From: a virus
Taxonomy: Duplodnaviria > Caudoviricetes
Reading direction: 5' to 3' (one strand)
Virus record (IMG/VR): IMGVR_UViG_2654587505_000001
Location: 1 to 64,000 of that record
Length of the DNA: 64,000 nt
Shown here piece by piece: positions 57,711-64,000 of this stretch. Each line of letters opens with the position of its first letter. Positions within the stretch are counted from its first letter, which is position 1. The notes beneath the pieces were generated by a model. That model searched no databases. It worked only from the letters and a program-made list of their open reading frames with translations, and had not been told where the DNA came from. A program made the translations under genes and the position numbers.

Positions 57711-58028
57711 ATGTTTTTTCATAATGACAATCCTGCATATGTTGGCATTATTCCTGCTAACGCGATCTTTATTCAAACTTGTGTATGCTGCAATAAAAAA
57801 CAATTTGATGAAGGGGAAGGCATTGTAACATCTGACGGTTGGGAAGTTTGCTCCATTGAATGCTTAATGACTTGGGAAGGTAAAAACTTCCCTAATCATC
57901 CATTAGTAACGAAAAATGACAAGTGCGTATTTTGCAATGGCAAAGGAAGAATCATGCATTATCATCACATCGAAAACGGAAAGTGCTTTAGGTGCAATGG
58001 TACAGGGAAGAAAAGAAAAACAAATTAG
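57711..58028 (+). CDS. Zn-finger protein (CxxC, CSxxC, two CxxCxGxG)
   Basis: AGGAGG RBS; CVFCNGKG..CFRCNGTG. Confidence 0.8.
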   Translation: MFFHNDNPAYVGIIPANAIFIQTCVCCNKKQFDEGEGIVTSDGWEVCSIECLMTWEGKNFPNHPLVTKNDKCVFCNGKGRIMHYHHIENGKCFRCNGTGKKRKTN

Positions 58029-58101
58029 AGGGGAATTGTTTCCCTTCTAATTTTTAGTGAAGATTAAAATATATTGTATTGTAAAATGGGAGGTAGCATA
58101 T

Positions 58102-58269
58102 ATGAATCAAAAATTTCTGCATTATGCGTATTTGTTTGTAAAAGAGGAATTAAAAGTAATTGGAGAAAGTATTGAGTCAGAATCAAACATAAACATCAAA
58201 AAACAATTAATTAGTCGTAAAAATGAACTTGAAAATGATTTATTAAATATCGAATCTTTAAAGGAATAA
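58102..58269 (+). CDS. Small coiled-coil hypothetical protein
   Basis: GGGAGG RBS before ATG 58102. Confidence 0.6.
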   Translation: MNQKFLHYAYLFVKEELKVIGESIESESNINIKKQLISRKNELENDLLNIESLKE

Positions 58270-58361
58270 ATGAGGGAACGATTTTATAAAGAATGTGGTC
58301 TAACAAAACAATAAAATTTAATTTTATTACTCAAAGTGTATAATAATGATGAGGTGATAAA

Positions 58362-58506
58362 AATGGCTTTTAACTCAAAAAGAGGAAGTCATATAGAATC
58401 TATCATGTTTACTTTGCCCATTGATAAATTGATTGTAGATGGATCGATCAAAGAGTTAACACAAGATGAGTTGTTACAATTTTTAATGAGTAAAAATAAT
58501 TATTAA
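58362..58506 (+). CDS. Small hypothetical protein (MAFNSKRG...; not in ORF track)
   Basis: GAGGTG RBS, upstream TATAAT, downstream terminator; ends approximate. Confidence 0.5.
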
Positions 58507-58771
58507 ACCGCCTAACAAGTGGCTTTTCTTTTTTTCTTCATCTTATCTCATTCCATCCACTCAAAAGCCTATACAGACCATTCTAAGCGTTTATAACCTG
58601 CTCCGCGATTATTCCACTATTGTACATATGCATCCGTTTAAATAGGCTTGTTGGCCTTTTAAATTGATTACATCTAAAGAGTAAAATATATAATAATAGT
58701 ATTGCGTTTTATACGTTTATGGTTTATAATGGTTTTAGTTAGTTATTTATTTTGTGGAGGTTGAAACATAT

Positions 58772-58963
58772 ATGCAAGAAATAAAACCATATACAATGAT
58801 GTATTCTACTATATTTAAGCAAAATGTCGAAGTTATTCGAGTTTATAAAGACACTGTAACAATCAGGGTAACGGCTGGAGGATTGCGCGAAGGTGAATTA
58901 ATGACATTTCGGGGACAGAGAAAAGATACTTTGTTGCCGATAAAGAGATTAAAGAGTGAATAA
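58772..58963 (+). CDS. Hypothetical protein
   Basis: Promoter TTGCGT-17-TATAAT (58702-58730), GGAGG RBS. Confidence 0.65.
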   Translation: MQEIKPYTMMYSTIFKQNVEVIRVYKDTVTIRVTAGGLREGELMTFRGQRKDTLLPIKRLKSE

Positions 58964-59019
58964 ATGATAAACTTTAATACCATTTAAAATTATGATAAAA
59001 TAATAGCGGAGGCGATTTT

Positions 59020-59349
59020 ATGAAAGTATTAACATTGAATTTTAACGAAGAAACAGAGGCGAGCGTACTAGAATTTCAGGAAGGTACATACGAAAGTTGG
59101 AATAACTATGTAAGAGAATGTTGTGAGAGTACTTTTCATGTAGAATTTAATTATAAGGGAATTGATTTCAGCGAGGAATTAGTTGTTAAAGCTTTAACGG
59201 ATCATTTTAGTACGTTCGATGAACCTGTTAATTCAGAAGAGTTTCACAATATGTTTAGAGATCATAGCAAACATGTTAATGACAATGAGATGACAAAAAT
59301 TAAACGAATTTGTTTAAATTACCTTAGAAAAGTATTATTTGAAGACTAA
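59020..59349 (+). CDS. Hypothetical protein
   Basis: GGAGG RBS. Confidence 0.75.
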   Translation: MKVLTLNFNEETEASVLEFQEGTYESWNNYVRECCESTFHVEFNYKGIDFSEELVVKALTDHFSTFDEPVNSEEFHNMFRDHSKHVNDNEMTKIKRICLNYLRKVLFED

Positions 59350-59628
59350 ATTTTATACATGAAGAGATTAGTACGCTTGGAGCCGATCCAAGTATAAATA
59401 AGCAATAATGAGTTTGTTTCAATACTCACTATGGGAAAGAATACCTCCAAATTCTTGAGGAAGTGCTAAGAGAAGAAATAGGTGAATGGACTGTATATGA
59501 AATGGGATACACAGGACGAAAAACGTATAGATAAAACTGATATATAAAAAATAATAAAACCACTTGCAAAAGTGGTTATCTTGCTTTATAATTATAAATA
59601 TAAAATACATAAATGGAGGTTTTGAATT

Positions 59629-60063
59629 ATGAAACGTGAAAGACGAACTAAAAGAGATATTGAAAACATGCGCCATGAATGTACAATGTATCTACTTCAA
59701 TACAAACTTGATCCTCATAAAGCATTTGAAGCAATGGTAAAGGATTGCTTAATATCTGGTCAGTCGATTCCATACTACATAAAAGGTATTAAAGACTTTA
59801 TTAGAGTATCCGAAGAATTAAAGGTTAAATTGAGCAGAACAGAAAAAGAAGAAGAAAAAGAACAAAAAGAAAATCCTATTGATAAACTAAAAAAGATCAC
59901 ACCAGAACAATATAAAGCAGAAATAATGCCGATATTTAAACAACAAACCGACAAAGAAATAAAAATAAGTCTGGTTAATCTCTGGCAATGTATCGATGGA
60001 AATTGTTTTAAATCAATTACAAATCAGGATATTAGATATTATCAAGAATTGAATATCGTATAG
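59629..60063 (+). CDS. Hypothetical protein
   Basis: Promoter TTGCAA-17-TATAAT (59564-59592), GGAGG RBS. Confidence 0.75.
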   Translation: MKRERRTKRDIENMRHECTMYLLQYKLDPHKAFEAMVKDCLISGQSIPYYIKGIKDFIRVSEELKVKLSRTEKEEEKEQKENPIDKLKKITPEQYKAEIMPIFKQQTDKEIKISLVNLWQCIDGNCFKSITNQDIRYYQELNIV

Positions 60064-60185
60064 GGTAATAAAATTTCAGTTTCATTACCTTTTTAATAAA
60101 TAAAATATGCAAAACATATTTACAATTATAAATCCTTGGTTTATAATATAATTATATTAAACAAATAATTATAGGAGGATAAAAA

Positions 60186-60368
60186 ATGAAATATGTAAAA
60201 GGTGAAATTGTGGAACAATTCGGTTCATTATATTTAATAGAAAATGTTTATCAACTTTCTGATGAATACATGAAAAAACATGATTTATACCACAAAAACC
60301 GAGTAACACTAATCAAAATCAGCGGTATAAACGGTATGGATCGATTAGATTTTGCCATAACTCAATAA
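60186..60368 (+). CDS. Small hypothetical protein
   Basis: Promoter TTTACA-17-TATAAT (60119-60147), AGGAGG RBS. Confidence 0.7.
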   Translation: MKYVKGEIVEQFGSLYLIENVYQLSDEYMKKHDLYHKNRVTLIKISGINGMDRLDFAITQ

Positions 60369-60435
60369 CTCGTGCCAGCGAGTTTAAATAGACCAATAGG
60401 CTGGCAGCGTTCCACTCATAAAGAGTGGAGGAGGT
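60367..60435 (+). ncRNA. Pistol self-cleaving ribozyme
   Basis: P1 AACTCG/CGAGTT with loop TGCCAG; TAAATAG linker; P2 ACC/GGT; pseudoknot CTGGCA; GCG; P3 TTCCACTC/GAGTGGAG. Confidence 0.85.
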
Positions 60436-60469
60436 AAGCAAAATACATAGTTTAAAGGAGTTGTCTAAT

Positions 60470-62665
60470 ATGCATTACAGCGACAAAAGAGAGGCTAAGG
60501 TAAGAATTTGCCACGCTTTAGAAGAAAAAGGATGGAAAATTTACGGATATAAAGAAGATAGAAGCGATTCCATGACTGACTATTATGATCCTGCTTCTTG
60601 GGATGGTATTGCAGAAAAGAACGGTTATATTCTGGTAATTGATCAATACAACACATATTACAGCGGTTATCAAGTTAAAAAATATAACTATAACAGCAAA
60701 AAATACGTATCTAACGAACGTATCAAAAAGCTTGAAGCTTTGATGAATGATCCAGCAAGCACAGAAAATGAAAAAGCTTCATGTGCTGTTCTCATTGAAA
60801 AGGAAAAAGAAAAGGCAGGAATTGAACCAGAATATACAATTTTAGAAACTTATCCAACATTTAAACATGCTAATCCAAAAGCTTGTTCATGGCACATAGA
60901 AAAAGATGGTCAAATCATCGCAAAGGGTAAGGGTGTTTTCTCTGTAAATGAATATGACTGGGAAGATAAAACTAAAACAGCAGCCGAACAAAAAGCCGAA
61001 AAGGTTAATGCATTCATTAACAAAATTGAATCGATTCTGACCGATGCAGACGCTTTACAACCAGAGATTGTAAAAGTTGAAAAGAAAGTCATTAAACCAG
61101 TTTTAAAAGAAGATCAAACAATTAACGTAAATGATATACTTTCCTTTTCATATCATGGACACTATTGGATCGTAACAGATATTTATACTGTAGGCGAACA
61201 GGTTCGCGTTACTTATGAGTTGTTAGGCAGTGAAAAAAGAGGCTATCAGCGTTTAAACGGTGCAAGTGTAAAAAGATATTATCAGCCATTGGAACGAATT
61301 AAAAAGCAAATGGAAGAAGGAAAGGCCAACGTTTACACACTCCAAGAGGTTACAGAGGTAATAGAAAAAACAGTATATAAAAAGACTAAACGTAAACAAA
61401 AAATGTCGGATGCTCCACAAATTGAAACAAGTGAGAAAACACCAGAGCAGCCACAAGAGCAAGCGCAAAATAACACAAATACATATAAAACAGATATCGC
61501 GGATCAGGCCACTAGCAAGCAATTATGGGCTTTACATTGTGCGACTAAACTGGATACAAGACAATTAAAAATAAGCAAGCAAAAAGCCTCTGAACTAATC
61601 AGTAAATCGAAAAACGGTCAAAGTATCATAGACGAGGTTAAAACGCTTCTAGGGTTAATTGTAGAATCTGAAAACGATATAACAGCAGACATACAAATGA
61701 GCCAAGAGGAAACAACTGAACAAATAAAAGACAATGTTATTTATCATGACTTTGGAAATGTCGAACAAGCAGACGAACAAACTAAAACGGTTATACAAGC
61801 GAAGCCACAAATACAAGAAGAGGAGCAAATCAAACCAATGAGCACATTTGATGATATTCTATCTAAATTTGATAACGTGAAAGTCACAACAGATTCAAAA
61901 ATTGCCACTGATGATCTGGAATACTGCATTAATGAAGAAAGAGAATATAAAAAAGCAATCGACTTGATGATTAAATTTTCAAACGAGATTAAAGAAGTTT
62001 CGGGTCTCGACATTTTAAATGGTGAATGGCACAGGGAAAAGTCGACAAATACATATTTGGAAAGTTATAAATTAAGAGACTTCAAGCAAATTTCATCAGA
62101 TATTAAAGATAAATTTATTTGTAATATTGCTAATTGGTTTAATGATAAATATAATGTAACAATTGATTATGACAAAATACAAAGGAAATATGACTTAAAT
62201 GTAACATATCAAAATATTATAGATGAGATTATGATTCAACTTGATGGTTATAATTTTACTGAAAAAGCCGTGCAAGAGATAAAAGGAAATGCTAAAAAAA
62301 CAGTTATAAATAGCGATAAAATAACAATTAAAAACAACAAGTTAATTATCGATGGATGGTTTTCTCATTTTGATTCCATATGGAGGGAACATAGACTAAG
62401 TGGAAAAAGCATAGACATATTTAACGCATTACAACATTTTGATAATGGTTCTATAAAAGGCAATGAAGAATTGAACAGTAAATATATAGGCTATAATAAC
62501 GAGCGAAACCAAGCGAATTATGAACGCTATGAACCTATGACATTAGATAAGGTTAAATCAATTAAGTTTTTGAAAAACGGTAAATTAGAAATCGAATTTA
62601 AATCTAATCAACTATCTACACAATTTGCTAAAGAGTATTGCGGATATAATCAGAAATCAGCATAA
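60470..62665 (+). CDS. Large multidomain hypothetical early protein
   Basis: AAGGAG RBS before ATG 60470; several globular segments joined by Q/E/T-rich linkers; ATSKQ-type small domain. Confidence 0.8.
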   Translation: MHYSDKREAKVRICHALEEKGWKIYGYKEDRSDSMTDYYDPASWDGIAEKNGYILVIDQYNTYYSGYQVKKYNYNSKKYVSNERIKKLEALMNDPASTENEKASCAVLIEKEKEKAGIEPEYTILETYPTFKHANPKACSWHIEKDGQIIAKGKGVFSVNEYDWEDKTKTAAEQKAEKVNAFINKIESILTDADALQPEIVKVEKKVIKPVLKEDQTINVNDILSFSYHGHYWIVTDIYTVGEQVRVTYELLGSEKRGYQRLNGASVKRYYQPLERIKKQMEEGKANVYTLQEVTEVIEKTVYKKTKRKQKMSDAPQIETSEKTPEQPQEQAQNNTNTYKTDIADQATSKQLWALHCATKLDTRQLKISKQKASELISKSKNGQSIIDEVKTLLGLIVESENDITADIQMSQEETTEQIKDNVIYHDFGNVEQADEQTKTVIQAKPQIQEEEQIKPMSTFDDILSKFDNVKVTTDSKIATDDLEYCINEEREYKKAIDLMIKFSNEIKEVSGLDILNGEWHREKSTNTYLESYKLRDFKQISSDIKDKFICNIANWFNDKYNVTIDYDKIQRKYDLNVTYQNIIDEIMIQLDGYNFTEKAVQEIKGNAKKTVINSDKITIKNNKLIIDGWFSHFDSIWREHRLSGKSIDIFNALQHFDNGSIKGNEELNSKYIGYNNERNQANYERYEPMTLDKVKSIKFLKNGKLEIEFKSNQLSTQFAKEYCGYNQKSA

Positions 62666-62745
62666 CAGCAGTAGACCATAATAACAGCCGCTTTCCTGAA
62701 TCAATGGTAAAGGTTAGCGGCTCACAATAGGAGGTATATCATTTA

Positions 62746-62943
62746 ATGCTCAAATATGTTGAAAGAAGTTTTTATAATGAGTGGGTATCATTCGAATATA
62801 AAAGAAAGACATACACAAGAGATTTAACAGACGTTATAGACAATGGCAAACAGTGTTTTGGGTATTTTGAATTCAATAATAAAAAGTATCAATTAGTTAT
62901 TTTTGTTAATCCTTATGATGTTCATATTCTTGAATTGATTTAA
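62746..62943 (+). CDS. Small hypothetical protein
   Basis: AGGAGG RBS. Confidence 0.7.
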   Translation: MLKYVERSFYNEWVSFEYKRKTYTRDLTDVIDNGKQCFGYFEFNNKKYQLVIFVNPYDVHILELI

Positions 62944-63009
62944 ATAACAGCAGCATATAACAGGAGCCAGCACTATCCTTGTTGGCTCCTTAGAAATAAG
63001 GTGATACAA

Positions 63010-64000
63010 ATGTATAAAATATCTAATACTGTCATTCCGCAAAATAAGCGTAAAGAGATTAACGAAAAAATTCTTTACCTTATTGAGAATAACCTTACAA
63101 CAAAGTATAATATAACAGCCGAAAATGTCTATAACAGTTATACAGGTTTTGGCGGTCTCCACGGCTTAAATTATTATGATTATGATTCTTATCATGCTTT
63201 TAGTGAAGCAAAAAAAGAAATTGAACTAGGAGCCTTTTTCACTCCTCATGATGTATCTAAATTCCTTGTAGATTGCGTGAAACCATCGAATCATGATCTA
63301 ATTGCAGATTTGACGTGTGGCATGGGGAATTTCTTTAACTGGCTTCCCAATCATTCCAATGTATACGGATGTGAAATTGATATCAGGTCTTACAAGGTGG
63401 CAAAATTCCTTTATCCTGATATCAATATAACAGCCGATGACATAAGGAACTGGGCTACTAATGTTTCGTTTGATCTTGTACTAGGTAATCCTCCATTTAA
63501 TTTAAAATGGAATGTAGGTAAAGAAGAGTATTTAAGCCAGTTATACTACTGTCTAAAGGCTTATGACGTTCTCAAACCTGCTGGAATACTTGCCTTGATT
63601 GTTCCTGTTTCATTCCTTGTTGACGATTTCACAGACTCAGGAATGATCAAAACTATTAACAATAGATTCAACTTTATATATCAGGTTGAATTACCTTCGG
63701 ATGTTTTTAAAAATGTTGGCGTATCCTCGTACCGTACTAAAATCATGTTCTTTCAAAAGAAGTCTGAACACATAACAGTCGATAAACCATATAGCAGCCA
63801 ATTATTAATAACAGAAATAGACCAAAAGAGCAGCGATTTTATATATAACACATACATAAAACCAGTTATCGAACAAAAGGAAAAAGTTAAACATAAACTT
63901 TTCTTTGAGAGTTTGCATAGTAACAGCGATGACTTAGAGTTTCAGGCTAAAGTTACAAAATATCTGTATGACATTAAGCGTAATCCAAATATCAATAAGA
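63010..64000 (+). CDS. N6-adenine DNA methyltransferase domain protein (runs off window end; not in ORF track)
   Basis: ATG 63010 after AAGGTGA; GAFFTP, IADLTCGMGNF (SAM-binding), GCEID, LGNPPF catalytic motif; no stop before 64000. Confidence 0.88.
   Translation, partial: MYKISNTVIPQNKRKEINEKILYLIENNLTTKYNITAENVYNSYTGFGGLHGLNYYDYDSYHAFSEAKKEIELGAFFTPHDVSKFLVDCVKPSNHDLIADLTCGMGNFFNWLPNHSNVYGCEIDIRSYKVAKFLYPDINITADDIRNWATNVSFDLVLGNPPFNLKWNVGKEEYLSQLYYCLKAYDVLKPAGILALIVPVSFLVDDFTDSGMIKTINNRFNFIYQVELPSDVFKNVGVSSYRTKIMFFQKKSEHITVDKPYSSQLLITEIDQKSSDFIYNTYIKPVIEQKEKVKHKLFFESLHSNSDDLEFQAKVTKYLYDIKRNPNINK

Larger units (their letters stand above)
1..64000. mobile_element. SPbeta-like temperate siphophage / prophage segment (no att site or host genes visible)
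   Basis: Contiguous phage modules: YonO-type RNAP, terminase, portal, capsid, tail tube, TP901-type tape measure, Dit, Tal; gene order mirrors SPbeta late cluster. Confidence 0.93.

Noticed and set aside
59376-59410. Second pistol-like start (CTTGGA-GCCGA-TCCAAG-TATAAATAAG)
   Set aside because: No downstream pseudoknot partner, GCG or P3; at most a remnant.
1-64000. tRNA, rRNA, IS elements, arbitrium (aimR/aimP) and att sites
   Set aside because: None recognisable in this window by eye.

Overview
The whole window is one segment of a large, AT-rich SPbeta-like temperate siphophage (prophage or phage genome) of a Bacillales host, probably Paenibacillus/Brevibacillus-like (inferred). Positions 1-44.4 kb are almost all on the minus strand and follow the SPbeta yonO-to-yomE order. 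That arm encodes a YonO-type single-subunit RNA polymerase, HU, PIN-PhoH, YonK, a metallophosphoesterase, ClpP, terminase, portal, scaffold, capsid, connectors, tail tube, a YomM-like tyrosine recombinase, tape measure, a split Dit, Tal/spike, a moron (ankyrin protein plus Doc-type TA), a PAAR protein and receptor-binding/CLec-fold genes. From 44.6 kb the plus strand carries a second tyrosine recombinase, an XRE HTH, a RecD2 helicase and a primase/Rep-like gene. These are followed by a 1.2 kb non-coding region where GC skew flips, then an early accessory region of short genes with strong sigmaA promoters that ends in an N6-adenine methyltransferase cut off by the window edge. The most notable observations are: (1) a recurrent 18-bp palindrome ATRAAA-N6-TTTYAT at gene/cassette boundaries, in a phage with three tyrosine-recombinase-family genes; (2) a pistol ribozyme; (3) an internal L27-type Prp cleavage motif in an early protein; (4) a PAAR tip with a beta-helix spike on an apparently non-contractile tail; (5) a type I TA-like antisense module; (6) a strand-polar ATAACAG cluster; and (7) an HU with a remodelled DNA-binding arm. 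All assignments come from reading motifs and synteny by eye; no database searches were run.
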